Translations under genes and position numbers: made by a program
In this document: positions 50,735 to 61,271 of the stretch, in pieces
How the letters are laid out: every line of letters begins with the position of its first letter
How positions within the stretch are numbered: the first letter of the stretch is position 1
From: an uncultured virus (IMG/VR IMGVR_UViG_3300020048_000035)
Taxonomy: Duplodnaviria > Heunggongvirae > Uroviricota > Caudoviricetes
IMG/VR virus record: IMGVR_UViG_3300020048_000035
Direction: 5' to 3' (one strand)
Length of the DNA: 64,000 nt
Notes under the pieces: model-generated
What the model saw: only the letters and a program-made list of their open reading frames with translations
What the model was told of the DNA's origin: nothing
Database searches by the model: none

Positions 50735-51346
50735 TTATCCTTTAGTTTTTGCGCCAGTGGCTGGCTTTGCTGGACGCTTTTCTGCGTGTGTCATAGGGCT
50801 AATGTTCCCCGTTTTTAAATCATTTGTTGTTTCTGCTGGTTTAGTTGTTCCACCGGCAATAGTAAAGTTTGAACGATAAGAATTTTTTAGTACAGCATGA
50901 TCATATGGATCGGCTGAATAATCTGCTTTCAATGCTTTTTGCTCTGCATCATCGGCTGGATAATTAGTATCGGCAATTAATGACTCTGGTTGATCTTCAA
51001 GTTTTTGTTGATATTCAGTAATATCATCATCATATACAGATGTCTGCATAATAATTTTGTTTTCATTAAACCCCAATAATCTGGCGATTTGTTTAATCTG
51101 TGGTTCAATCGCAGGATAACGTAACATTACATCAAAACTAGTAACTTTTTCATTTTCAAATGCTGGAAAATCAGCTGGTTTAGCTTGAATCGGTGTAGTT
51201 TTTATTGAGCCAATCTTTAATGGATCAAACTGTGATAATTTCCCTTTTAGGGAATTATAAAATTCTGAAGGTAAATCACCCACCATCTTAATACGATAAT
51301 TGTAGGTTCTTTCGCTCTCAGCCAAGTAGTCTTTAAAATTTTTCAT
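50735..51346 (-). CDS. Putative head protein with capsid-targeting-like N-terminus
   Basis: MKNFKDYLAESE; late promoter and SD. Confidence 0.7.
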   Translation of the reverse strand: MKNFKDYLAESERTYNYRIKMVGDLPSEFYNSLKGKLSQFDPLKIGSIKTTPIQAKPADFPAFENEKVTSFDVMLRYPAIEPQIKQIARLLGFNENKIIMQTSVYDDDITEYQQKLEDQPESLIADTNYPADDAEQKALKADYSADPYDHAVLKNSYRSNFTIAGGTTKPAETTNDLKTGNISPMTHAEKRPAKPATGAKTKG

Positions 51347-51371
51347 GATTAATTCCTGTATTATATTTATG

Positions 51372-51872
51372 TTATTTGTCTTTTTGTGAACTAGCGTCTA
51401 ATAAACGTTGTAACAAATCATTTCGTGACAACACTTGCCCTTGTGCGGTTGGAATGTTACCCAGTTCACCAGATCGCTTGGCAGCATCTTGATCCAGTTT
51501 TAATTTCCTAAGCTGTAGGTCAATCATCTTTAATTTTTTGTTTAATTTAGTAGTTTTTGCTGTTAGAGCATGCCCCAACATGGTACTGGCAACGGCAAAT
51601 AACTCTGCTGAATATCTACTATCTACATTAAATGCAAGATCACTTAAATCTTGATAACTTTGTTTAGCCAGATTAGATAATTCATCTAGCTCTTTATCTG
51701 AAGCGGCTAAATCTCTTATAGCAGGCAACGCATCATCTATTTTATCTATGGTTTCATCAATAGTTACAATAGCATCACGAGTTTCTTCAACTGTCATGTT
51801 TTCAACTACAGGTGGATCTTGCGCATCGTCAAGTTGGTCAAATCCAAACACTTCGGTTAATCTTTTTGTCAT
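51372..51872 (-). CDS. Helical late protein, possible terminase small subunit
   Basis: 166 aa coiled coil; position in packaging cluster. Confidence 0.45.
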   Translation of the reverse strand: MTKRLTEVFGFDQLDDAQDPPVVENMTVEETRDAIVTIDETIDKIDDALPAIRDLAASDKELDELSNLAKQSYQDLSDLAFNVDSRYSAELFAVASTMLGHALTAKTTKLNKKLKMIDLQLRKLKLDQDAAKRSGELGNIPTAQGQVLSRNDLLQRLLDASSQKDK

Positions 51873-51904
51873 ACTGTTATTTACAGTATTTTGAAAGATA
51901 TTAA

Positions 51905-52339
51905 TTACTTTTTACGACCTTGTTGAAATATATCTGACTCAGTAATTACTCGAAAATTTAATCCATTTTGTCTTGCCCAACGTTGTGCCGCAGCCCATTT
52001 AGCATAATTTACTGCTATGGTGGCACGCTGACTATCTTTCATATTTGCTTCAAGTATACTTTGGTTTCGTGGCTTTATTTCGATTAACTCAGCTTTGGTA
52101 GTGTTTCTTGGACCTCGATATACTACAATAAAATCAGGAACATACATGGTCATTTTGCCAGTTAATGGGTTTTTGTAAGGAATCCTTACAGGTTCACTTG
52201 CCCAATTTATTATGTTTTCATTATTGTCACAAAAATGCATAAAAGTCATTTCCCAACCACTGCGATATCTAGGTTTACCTTGACCTACATACTTGTGTGG
52301 ATTGTTTACTTCGTATATACCTTGGCGAAAATTAGGCAT
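51905..52339 (-). CDS. Head completion nuclease (T4 gp4/TnsA-like)
   Basis: NPHKY.G, YRSGWE, WASE, YVPDF, IEIKP, KWAAA. Confidence 0.85.
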   Translation of the reverse strand: MPNFRQGIYEVNNPHKYVGQGKPRYRSGWEMTFMHFCDNNENIINWASEPVRIPYKNPLTGKMTMYVPDFIVVYRGPRNTTKAELIEIKPRNQSILEANMKDSQRATIAVNYAKWAAAQRWARQNGLNFRVITESDIFQQGRKK

Positions 52340-52341
52340 AA

Positions 52342-52701
52342 TTATTGCTTAATGTTATGTGCTATATAATAATTAGGAGTTACGGTAGCTTGTATTCCAA
52401 GCATAGTAGAGGGACTTTGGTATGTATTTAAATAAAACGCAAAATTTAATGTAATCTGCGGTTGACTCATACCTTGAATATTTTGTAATAAATCCATAAC
52501 TGGTATACCAGACAGATCTGCTATACGGAACATTGTTGTTGTAAAATTATCAGCTTGTGTTTTTGTGCCAAACACCGATAACAAATAACTATTGACAGCA
52601 TCATACTCCTGTGAGCCTACTGATTTTTGATATGAATAAAATCTATCAAAAATTTGTACTGTTAAATCTATGCTGGGGTTAATTGCGTTAATGTTTGACA
52701 T
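52342..52701 (-). CDS. Hypothetical tail-region protein
   Basis: 119 aa from MSNIN. Confidence 0.65.
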   Translation of the reverse strand: MSNINAINPSIDLTVQIFDRFYSYQKSVGSQEYDAVNSYLLSVFGTKTQADNFTTTMFRIADLSGIPVMDLLQNIQGMSQPQITLNFAFYLNTYQSPSTMLGIQATVTPNYYIAHNIKQ

Positions 52702-52702
52702 A

Positions 52703-54064
52703 TTAAATATCACCGTTAATAGTGTTACGTATTGCTTTAGCCACAGAATCTCCGGCAACTACAGCTTTTCCTATATCTATTAATCCACCCAACGCACCCG
52801 CTAACACTTGTGCCTGAGCAATACTTGGTATTACTGATAATTTACCCAGAGTTCCGGCTGTTAATGCTCCGGTGATGCCATTGTTTACAGCTGTACTACC
52901 AGGAGTCTGTGCCGTTGGTGTTGACGCAGCTCTTGGGAATGACATTCCTGTACTAGAATTTACAGCGGCTCTGGTTGAGTTTGGTGTGCTTTGTAATGCT
53001 GATTGCGTGGCTGAAGCTTGTAATGCTGGACTTACTGATTGCACAGCAGATTGGCCAGTCAATGAATTGGGAATTGGTTGTTGTACACCGCCAATAACAT
53101 TTTGTAATCCATTTCTTCCTGTGCTAAGTGCTTGTAAATCTTGCGTTGTACCCTGTACAGCCGGTTGTATTCCAGTTTGCCCAAATACAGAATTAGTTGC
53201 GCCTGGTCTAGTAATACTTGATGGCTGCGTATCATAATATGCTGGTTCTGCAAATCCCTTTACAGAGGTAGATGGCTGTTGTCCACCAATAGCACCTGAA
53301 TAATATTTTACAGTCTCATACTCAACGGTGACATCATCTTTCATGGTACCATCACCACTAGCATAGTCAAACATATCACCATTCCATGATGAAATAATGG
53401 GATTTATTAATACCCATGCCGCATATTTTTTCTGACTCAACGCATATATTGTAATGTCTTTGAAAAACGCAGGTTTGCCATTGGAGTTTGTTGCCGCATT
53501 GGCACCATCTGTATAGCTTTCCCCAACAAATCCCCAGTCAGCACTTTGATATACTTGACTATATATGTCGGATGTATTATAATTAAATCCGTTACTTTTT
53601 CCTTCGGTTAGACCAACTGATCCACTTTGATTTGGTATATTATCGTATTTTTGTGTGGCATCTTTATAGTAATATGTAAAGTAATTATACCACAAATTGC
53701 GTATTAAATCTGATTGGTCATCGTGAACGGTAAATCGGCATGGGTCATAATTAACTTTGCTTTGAACAACACGTTTCCTGTTGTACTGATTCATTACCGT
53801 GGTATTAATTTTATATTTTGGCAAATCAATACTTTTGACCATTAAGCCCAGTGTTTCAACTGTGCCACTGCCATATAAATTTCTTAATTGAGGAATTTGC
53901 CCTGTGTTTATATTAAAATAAACATGATACAAAAATTTTAACCGAGGGCTAAGTTGAAACCCGTTGGTTAAAAAAGTTTTTGACGCATGTGTATAATCTT
54001 TTAATATAGAACCTACAGCATCTTGCTGTAGGATTCCACTTTGACCTTGATAGCCTACGCCCAT
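52703..54064 (-). CDS. Tail-tube-like baseplate junction protein (gp48/gp54-like)
   Basis: VKSIDLP, NQYNRK, HDD, YETVKY tube-fold pattern; follows the tube gene. Confidence 0.65.
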   Translation of the reverse strand: MGVGYQGQSGILQQDAVGSILKDYTHASKTFLTNGFQLSPRLKFLYHVYFNINTGQIPQLRNLYGSGTVETLGLMVKSIDLPKYKINTTVMNQYNRKRVVQSKVNYDPCRFTVHDDQSDLIRNLWYNYFTYYYKDATQKYDNIPNQSGSVGLTEGKSNGFNYNTSDIYSQVYQSADWGFVGESYTDGANAATNSNGKPAFFKDITIYALSQKKYAAWVLINPIISSWNGDMFDYASGDGTMKDDVTVEYETVKYYSGAIGGQQPSTSVKGFAEPAYYDTQPSSITRPGATNSVFGQTGIQPAVQGTTQDLQALSTGRNGLQNVIGGVQQPIPNSLTGQSAVQSVSPALQASATQSALQSTPNSTRAAVNSSTGMSFPRAASTPTAQTPGSTAVNNGITGALTAGTLGKLSVIPSIAQAQVLAGALGGLIDIGKAVVAGDSVAKAIRNTINGDI

Positions 54065-54068
54065 TTAA

Positions 54069-54776
54069 TTAACGTATCTGCCCAGTTTGTAAGGTGCCAA
54101 TTAATGAACTAATTGCCCCTGACGCACTAACAGGTGATGGGCTAGTAGACAAGTCGCCTCTAGCATGAGTAGCGGCAAATACAGAACTATTGCCAACAGA
54201 TCCACCAATAGCTTGATATGCATTATCAAATGCGATTGTCAAGCCGACCTTAAGAGCCTCAGAAGTAGCATAATCTAATCCCTGACTGTTATAGTTTACT
54301 TCTTTTAAATAACATCCAAGTATTACCCATCTTTCCAATATTCTGTTGTTAGTTCGTAGTATTCCGCCATTACCACCATCTGTTATATCCAATTGAATTG
54401 AAAATTTATAGTTGTTGGCAGCAGAAGCTGAACTTTGTTCTTGGAAATCTAATTGTGTCTGTAATTGATTACCAACACGAGTAGATATAGTACCAAGCGC
54501 ATCATCACGAATTTCGCATGTAATATCTGCCCATTCATGTTTTCCGGCAATCTTAACTGTACTGTTATAAACAGGCAAGTCAATTTGTTTGAAAGTAACT
54601 TTTGGACGATCAAATTTTATAAGTTGTCTGGTTAATTCAAGATTGTCGCCTACCGTAGCGCCTGATCCAAAATTTAAAAAGTAAGCTGCGTAACGATACG
54701 CTAGTTTTGGCATTAATAGTGCGTTGTTGGTTCTGTTTGCCAAAACAGACATGTTACTTAATGATGATATAGCCAT
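54069..54776 (-). CDS. gp19: Tail tube protein
   Basis: LMPKL.YR, GKHEW..IT..RDD, W...GC, FDNA; directly after sheath. Confidence 0.8.
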   Translation of the reverse strand: MAISSLSNMSVLANRTNNALLMPKLAYRYAAYFLNFGSGATVGDNLELTRQLIKFDRPKVTFKQIDLPVYNSTVKIAGKHEWADITCEIRDDALGTISTRVGNQLQTQLDFQEQSSASAANNYKFSIQLDITDGGNGGILRTNNRILERWVILGCYLKEVNYNSQGLDYATSEALKVGLTIAFDNAYQAIGGSVGNSSVFAATHARGDLSTSPSPVSASGAISSLIGTLQTGQIR

Positions 54777-54798
54777 TTTAATAATCTCCGATATACTT

Positions 54799-54806
54799 TA
54801 TTTATA
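54799..54806 (-). promoter_or_regulatory. T4-like late promoter
   Basis: TATAAATA upstream of the tube GGAG SD. Confidence 0.8.
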
Positions 54807-54838
54807 TAAATTAATTGGGTAGTTTCCTACCCAATTAA
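54806..54838 (-). terminator. Intrinsic terminator after sheath
   Basis: TTAATTGGGTAG-GAAA-CTACCCAATTAA-TTTAT. Confidence 0.75.
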
Positions 54839-54839
54839 C

Positions 54840-57800
54840 TTAAGATGTTGCTGCAATCTGTCCAGTAGCACTAATACGTACAGGAATGTATACAAATTCC
54901 ACTGCTTTAACTGGTTCAATGGCAATATCAACCCATAATTGATTTTGATCAATAGTAGTTGGTGTATTGTTTGTATCATCACATACAACTAGATAGTCAT
55001 AAACTCCACGCTTAGCCACTAAATCAATTAATAAACTTGTAATTGTGTTACTAATTTGATCACGAGTTTGCTGATCATTTGGTTCAAACAAATATTGTTT
55101 ACCAATTGTCGCAAGTCTAGCTCTCATGTAACAAATTAAACGAGCCACATTGATACGATCTAATGCTGTAGGAGTTCCTTGTAATGTTTTATTACCAAAG
55201 TTAGTAATTCCAGCACCCGGAACAAATGTAATTGGGTTAACATTATTTTGATACAGTGTATCTCGTAAAGCCTGTCCTACGCTTAATGGTACAAAAGTTC
55301 CTGTCATAGATTCTAGGTAACCCAATTGAATTGCGTTATCTACTAATCCACGGCGTACACCGGCAGGTGCTAGCCAAGGATACGCAACTTCATCGTTACG
55401 AATAATCGTGCGTGTCATCATATGGCTTGGGTATGTTACAACCGCATTGCCGTTAACATCAAATGCTAAACAACTTGGATAAAATGCTGCGGCATAACTA
55501 TCTCCGATGGCTAAATTACCGTCACCTGCAGGTAATCCTAGTCCATTATTATTAGTTGCCCAAGCAGTAGTATCAGCAGGTGATAAACGTAATGGAGTAT
55601 CAATAATGCTAAATGCCACATTGTTGATTTCATTATTTAATGCTCTCATGTTAACAGCCAATTCTGGATAACCAGGAACCGCTATTAAGTTATAAACATT
55701 TTGTTCTTCACGAATTGCCAAGTTGGTATCAATTGATTCTTTTAATGCGCTAACAATTATTTTACGCTGAGCTTGACGACCCATGTATGGCGAACCATCT
55801 GGACGATCACCACTGGCATTTAACCATGTGTTAGTTACTGTTTGAAGTGACCAAAAGTCTGGGCTAACATCAGGTGTGTCATCAGTTGTAGCATCGATAC
55901 ACGCATATACAAGACCGGCATATTGTACGTATTCACCAACAGTATATGTTGTTGTGCTGTCCCATTCGTATGTAGGGAAACTATTATTGTTAAAATAATT
56001 TGACTGATATGTTTTAACATTAAACCCTGAACGACGAGTATTCCACAATAGTATACCTGATGGATATAACTGAGCAGATGGCGCATCTGGATCCAAATAG
56101 TTACTTGTTAGCAAGCTTTCTATTGTTGGTAATGCGTCACTCACTGGATCTGTTGTACCATTTGGTGCCCAACGTGCGTCGGCAAATAAAATACCAGAGG
56201 ATTGTGTAGTGTCTGAATTATCAAGTTGTACCCATTGATCAACTCCACCAACACTTTCCCAACGGTATAATAATGGATAATCTTCTAGGTCACTTGTGTT
56301 AACCCATAAATCACCATATACCAATGGACTTAATGCTGTATTTGTCTGTGTGGTTGGAGCAGTTGTGCTGATAATAGGACCAGCAGCATTACATAATGTT
56401 AGATTATATCCACGAGCATCAGATGATACTGTTTGATAACCTACCCATACTCCATTTTGCTGAATCATAATATCATTTTTATAAATTTNNNNNNNNNNGC
56501 TTGTGTAGGATCACTGTAGTACCAGTATGTACCATCGTCAGGATTTTGGTCTGGGGCAACATCTGACGCAGTATAAGTAAATGTTGGACTACCAACCCAG
56601 TAACTCAATGTGATACCAGAAGCAGATCCATTAACATAGTTTTGCTTACATAAGAAAGTACTTGATGTAAATCCTGCTGTTGTTACTGGTGTACCTGTAA
56701 CGTTAGTAAGTGTAATGTCACCACCCGCACTATGTGTGAACACAATAGCACCTGTGCTACTAATTGATGCGCTAACATAAGGAACAGCCGCTGAACTCAC
56801 ATCAGCCACAAACGCACTAGCAGTAGTTCCAGTTAATGTAACTGTAGCTGTAGTAAGGTTTGCTGTACCTGGTTGTGTTGCAGCAATAGTAAAACTATTA
56901 CCTGATGTAAATGCCTGACTTGTTGTTGTTCCAGTAACAACAGCTGATCCCACAGCATATCGTTCATAAACTGTAAATCCAGCAGTATTTGAGTTATATG
57001 GAGTAGATTTTGAATATAACGATCCAGCAGGAATATTTTTGCCTCCACCAGATGGATCTAAGCCATAAGTTGCGGTGGCATCATTAGAATAAACCGGAGC
57101 ATTTTTAATTACAAATACATTCAATGCAGAATTAAATTCTTTCATTACAATATTAGTACCAAGATTAATATTGTTAGTTTTTTGCCATACAGAACCGGTT
57201 ACTCCAGAAGCAGATGATCCACCTTGGCTCCATGTTGGAACTTGATAGCTAGGTGACGCTTGATATACAGGCGCATAATAAGTTCCTGCTGTTATTCCCA
57301 ATGTAGAAAGAGGAGTGCCTGAGCCATTTGCTATAACTACCGCGCCATTTGTGGCTGCATTATCAGCATATATATTAAGTGCTCCACCAATATTGGCAGC
57401 ATAAACACCAGTTATTGCAGCTGTAGTAATAGCTTCAACTATTCCAGTAACTGTATTATTTGGGCTTGCAGGAACAGTAATTGTTTCACCATTAATTACT
57501 AATGTTGTAGCAGCAGTTATTGAAGTTGGTGTATTTCCACCTTGAATTGTTGCCCAAGATGTTTGCCAGTCAGCAGTTCCTACCAATACCCATGTATTAT
57601 ACAAAGTAGTAATTCTAGTGTCATCTGACTGAGTAGTAGTTGGTCCACCACGTTTAAAATAAATTGGATTTGTAGTATATGTTGCCGTTACCGAGTAGTT
57701 ACCAATGCTGCCATAGCTTTGTAATGGCACAGCCGAACTTGGATTTAAATATACAGAATCAGTAATTACTAAAGGTAATTGATTACTAAATGTCGAAGTA

Positions 57801-58261
57801 GATTTATTCCACTGATAAATTCCCCATGTAGTATTAACTGTATCTAGCCAGTAAGTTCCATTGTTTACATCACCAACTGGTCGCACTAAACTAGCGGTAA
57901 GAGCGGCTAAATCAATATCGGCACGAAGAACATAACACTGGTTGGTTGCGCCCAACGCAGAAAAAGCAGCAAGAAGACCATATTCATTAAGCTCATATCC
58001 ATTGATAGGAGTACCATTTGTTGTTTCATAAAAGAATGGTGTACCATAGTAAACAGATAAAGCACGTTGACTTGTTGCTAAGAACAATTGGTTAGCTGTT
58101 GCGGCAGTAGTTCCAGCAGCAATACCCACGCCATCTGATGAAAGTTTATTAGAAGCTGTGGCAATAACCATCAGAGGTACTGAGCTAGTAGGTGCTGGAA
58201 GATATGTGCTTTGGTCAGTTATTCTGACTTGTACACCTGGGGAAAGTAATGTGCTAGACAT
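54840..58261 (-). CDS. gp18: Contractile tail sheath protein (spans N gap 56489-56498)
   Basis: LSPGV start; PWLAPAG.RRG, LYQNNVNPI, LDRINVARL, FEPND, IEPVKAVEF. Confidence 0.93.
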
Positions 58262-58288
58262 AATTTAAATCCTTATAATGATATACAA

Positions 58289-58353
58289 TATTTAGTATAT
58301 TATTGAAAAAGAACCTATAATGCGTCCCTACTAGTAGGTTTTAATAATAAATA
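58289..58353. promoter_or_regulatory. Divergent late promoters (sheath and HNH)
   Basis: TAAATA on minus 58289-58294 and on plus 58348-58353. Confidence 0.7.
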
Positions 58354-58358
58354 ATTGT

Positions 58359-58706
58359 ATGCGTCCTATGTGTTTATCCTGCAATCAACGTCCCAGAGCT
58401 ATAGCTTATCATAGACCCAATGGTAAAATACAATATCGCAGTAAATGCGAACATTGTTTAAGACGAAAGAGAAAATTAAAATTACAAATACCCCGTTGGG
58501 CTACCGCTGGGTATAAGAAAAAAACTGTATGTGATCGTTGTGGATTTAGATCAAGGTGGGCGGCACAGTTAGTAGTATTTCACATAGATGGAAATCTAAA
58601 TAATAATACTGTGCACAACCTTAAAACAATTTGTCAGAATTGTGTTATAGATGTTAATAAGGCTGATTTACCGTGGAAGATTGGGGATCTTGAGTCAGAC
58701 GTTTAA
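58359..58706 (+). CDS. HNH endonuclease
   Basis: CDRCG..HIDGNLNNN..NL.TICQNC. Confidence 0.85.
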   Translation: MRPMCLSCNQRPRAIAYHRPNGKIQYRSKCEHCLRRKRKLKLQIPRWATAGYKKKTVCDRCGFRSRWAAQLVVFHIDGNLNNNTVHNLKTICQNCVIDVNKADLPWKIGDLESDV

Positions 58707-59350
58707 GAATTCTTAATTCCTAGTACTAATGAATCAACTTGAGCATATAGCTCATCCATTGTCCCGTTATTGTTTAGTACATGATTGAATTCCGTGCCAG
58801 CCCATGCTGTTTCGCTAGCATGTACCTTGTAATTATCCAACACTGATTTATTACTGGCCCAACTTAAGTTCTGGGTAGGGCCACCATTTACTACTTCTGC
58901 AGCATGAAACCACTCTGGATCAGTGCCTCGTTTTGTTCTAATAACTAACCCACCAGAGGATTTAATTGCGGCAAGTTCATTAGGAAAACGACAATCTGAA
59001 ATTACCACATTATCTTTAAGATTTCGTATTTTATTTTCAATACTGGCAATCCAAATATCATCGTGAAAACCCTTTCGCATTACTTCAGTACCCCAGTATT
59101 GTAACACCCATCGTGGAGTTAAATGTGGCATGTTTAATCTTTCTGCCCACCATAGATCCACTTGCTCCCTCCATTCCCTAGACGCTTTGGTACGACCTTC
59201 TAACAGTATTCTGTCCCATCCAAATACAGCCGATACTGCGTCTTTAAGAGTTCCAGCAAAACTTTCTCTACGAAACCCATGCACATTTACTAGATAATCT
59301 GCTACTGTGTCTTTTCCGCTGCCTATTAGACCAGAAATACCGATAATCAT
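58703..59350 (-). CDS. Deoxynucleoside monophosphate kinase (T4 gp1-like)
   Basis: GLIGSGKDT, PRWVLQ.WGTE, SDCRFPNE, HASE. Confidence 0.9.
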   Translation of the reverse strand: MIIGISGLIGSGKDTVADYLVNVHGFRRESFAGTLKDAVSAVFGWDRILLEGRTKASREWREQVDLWWAERLNMPHLTPRWVLQYWGTEVMRKGFHDDIWIASIENKIRNLKDNVVISDCRFPNELAAIKSSGGLVIRTKRGTDPEWFHAAEVVNGGPTQNLSWASNKSVLDNYKVHASETAWAGTEFNHVLNNNGTMDELYAQVDSLVLGIKNS

Positions 59351-59829
59351 ATGTTGTCCTTTATCATTCTTGATGCCATTAAATACCAACCTGACCTATA
59401 CGATCCTAGTTGTGTAAATCCTAAGTCTGTGTAAAACTTAGGAATCTCTGTTGTAATTATAATTGTTCTATCACGACTGCCGGCAAATTCAACAGCCTTG
59501 GCTGTTATACTCTTGCCTATACCCTGATTTCTATATTCAGGCTCAACACATACCCATGTTAAATCATAAAAATACTGTAGATTTGATTCGCTAATAATAC
59601 CAAATCCCACTATTTTTNNNNNNNNNNTTATTTCCTTTGCCAATATATAAAATTTAGGGCTTTCAATTAGATTGATTAGATAAGTTATTTTTCCAACTTC
59701 AATCCTGTGCTCTATATTTTTAGACAGCAAATCTGGCATTTTTCCAGCTGATTTATATACAAACGATTTGGCAAGTAATTCACTTATTTCTGTGATATTA
59801 TCTATCTTGGTGACAACTTCTATTATCAT
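59347..59829 (-). CDS. GNAT acetyltransferase (spans N gap 59618-59627)
   Basis: VEPEYRNQGIGK, FYTDLGF. Confidence 0.85.
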   Translation of the reverse strand: MIIEVVTKIDNITEISELLAKSFVYKSAGKMPDLLSKNIEHRIEVGKITYLINLIESPKFYILAKEIXXXXKIVGFGIISESNLQYFYDLTWVCVEPEYRNQGIGKSITAKAVEFAGSRDRTIIITTEIPKFYTDLGFTQLGSYRSGWYLMASRMIKDNI

Positions 59830-60215
59830 TTTGATGTAGTTATCCTAGATCTTGCGCTTATTTCTGTAAAAATAATATCTTTAACTGTTGGAATTTTTTG
59901 TTTGGGTTGTGATTTTAACCATTTATTGTATTCCCATTTTGAACCAAATCCTTGTAACATAGCAGCTCGTTCAACATATTGTGCGGATGTTAAACCTAAC
60001 TTCCTAGCAGTAGAAGCCATAGCGGGTTCACCATTATAATATTTTATATTGTGATGGGTTCGGCATAGTCTAGCATACAATGGTTTGTGGTTTACTGTAG
60101 AAACCGAGTAAATAATTTTTGGGTTAGTACACCCAGCATGTTCACATTTTGGTCTAAGGCTTTTCTCAGGAACATAAGGATTGTATTTTGGGCTCGTTGA
60201 TTTAAGATTAATCAT
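59826..60215 (-). CDS. Hypothetical Zn-binding protein
   Basis: CEHAGC..CRTHH. Confidence 0.6.
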   Translation of the reverse strand: MINLKSTSPKYNPYVPEKSLRPKCEHAGCTNPKIIYSVSTVNHKPLYARLCRTHHNIKYYNGEPAMASTARKLGLTSAQYVERAAMLQGFGSKWEYNKWLKSQPKQKIPTVKDIIFTEISARSRITTSK

Positions 60216-60730
60216 TTAAGTTTCTTTACATTTAAATGGATAAGAGTTTGTTGGAGTATATCAATTTGTCTGCGACAATCCTCTAGCGCATGATGACTGG
60301 TTGGTGGTTTTGGATGGTCAGGCCATAGACTATATACCGTTCTGGCGTCACGGACTTTAAAATACTGCCATGCGATGGGTCTTCCACGACTTTTGCACGC
60401 ATTTTCCAGAATGCTTATATCAAAAACAGGGCCATTTGTCCAGATCAAATTACATTTCCAACATAACTTATGTAGATTATCCAGTGCTTCTTCTAGTGGA
60501 ACGCGATTATCTTCTGCCATTGCTTCTGCGGCAGCTTCTGGCTGTTTTTTCCACCAATCAACAGTGATATCATCAATTCTACGATCTTCTTGACTTTCAA
60601 GCGTAATACGAGCGTAGTATTGCTTATCAATATATCCTAAAACCAGTGGATCAAAACACTGTGCTGCTATTGTTAGAATAGTAGCATCAGGCGTAACTGC
60701 TAGGGTTTCAATATCTATCATTATATCCAT
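60212..60730 (-). CDS. DEDDh 3'-5' exonuclease (DexA/Rv2179c-like)
   Basis: MIDIET, NGPVFD, RDART, HHALED. Confidence 0.88.
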   Translation of the reverse strand: MDIMIDIETLAVTPDATILTIAAQCFDPLVLGYIDKQYYARITLESQEDRRIDDITVDWWKKQPEAAAEAMAEDNRVPLEEALDNLHKLCWKCNLIWTNGPVFDISILENACKSRGRPIAWQYFKVRDARTVYSLWPDHPKPPTSHHALEDCRRQIDILQQTLIHLNVKKLK

Positions 60731-60736
60731 TTTATT

Positions 60737-60765
60737 ATTATAATAGAATGGATAGCAAATAACAA
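60737..60765 (-). promoter_or_regulatory. Sigma70 promoter, leaderless
   Basis: TTGTTA-17-TATAAT, 6 nt before ATG 60730. Confidence 0.7.
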
Positions 60766-60791
60766 ACTTTTTGGTTAATTAATTAACCAAA

Positions 60792-61271
60792 TTACTTAAT
60801 GCGTATCCACACATAGTTTGTATATTCATCATCACTTGTTTTACTAAATTGCCAACCTGCGCCCAATAATTGATTAAAGAATCTAACTACACGATTATCA
60901 TATAGTCTTATCCTACTAATATCTTTGATAGCAGCCTGAAATCTAATACTAGTTGAAACTAGCGAGTGTTGATGAATAAATTTTGGTAATTCTTTTTTTA
61001 TAATTTGTGCCACTGTGCTAAATATTTTATATTGATCACCACCACCTGTGATATCAATTTCATCATCAACCCTAAATTCTATATCTATTGTCGCTATTAC
61101 CTTTCCGGAAGAACTATCATATTCAAGCCCATTGTAAAATATAACATCAATCTTACCATTATCAGCGGTATAGGTTGTTTGTTCACTGGACGTAGGCGCT
61201 TTGTCATATTTGTATGGATTATCGCCCAGCTCAGTCAAATTAGATTCAGCCATGATTTCTTTGAAACGCAT
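60792..61271 (-). CDS. Putative internal head protein
   Basis: MRFKEIMAE start; ITGGGD..IFSTV..R.RLY. Confidence 0.65.
   Translation of the reverse strand: MRFKEIMAESNLTELGDNPYKYDKAPTSSEQTTYTADNGKIDVIFYNGLEYDSSSGKVIATIDIEFRVDDEIDITGGGDQYKIFSTVAQIIKKELPKFIHQHSLVSTSIRFQAAIKDISRIRLYDNRVVRFFNQLLGAGWQFSKTSDDEYTNYVWIRIK

Noticed and set aside
58317..58367. ATGCGTCC duplicate and CCTACTAGTAGG palindrome upstream of the HNH gene
   Set aside because: Too short to distinguish from chance; no second occurrence noticed.
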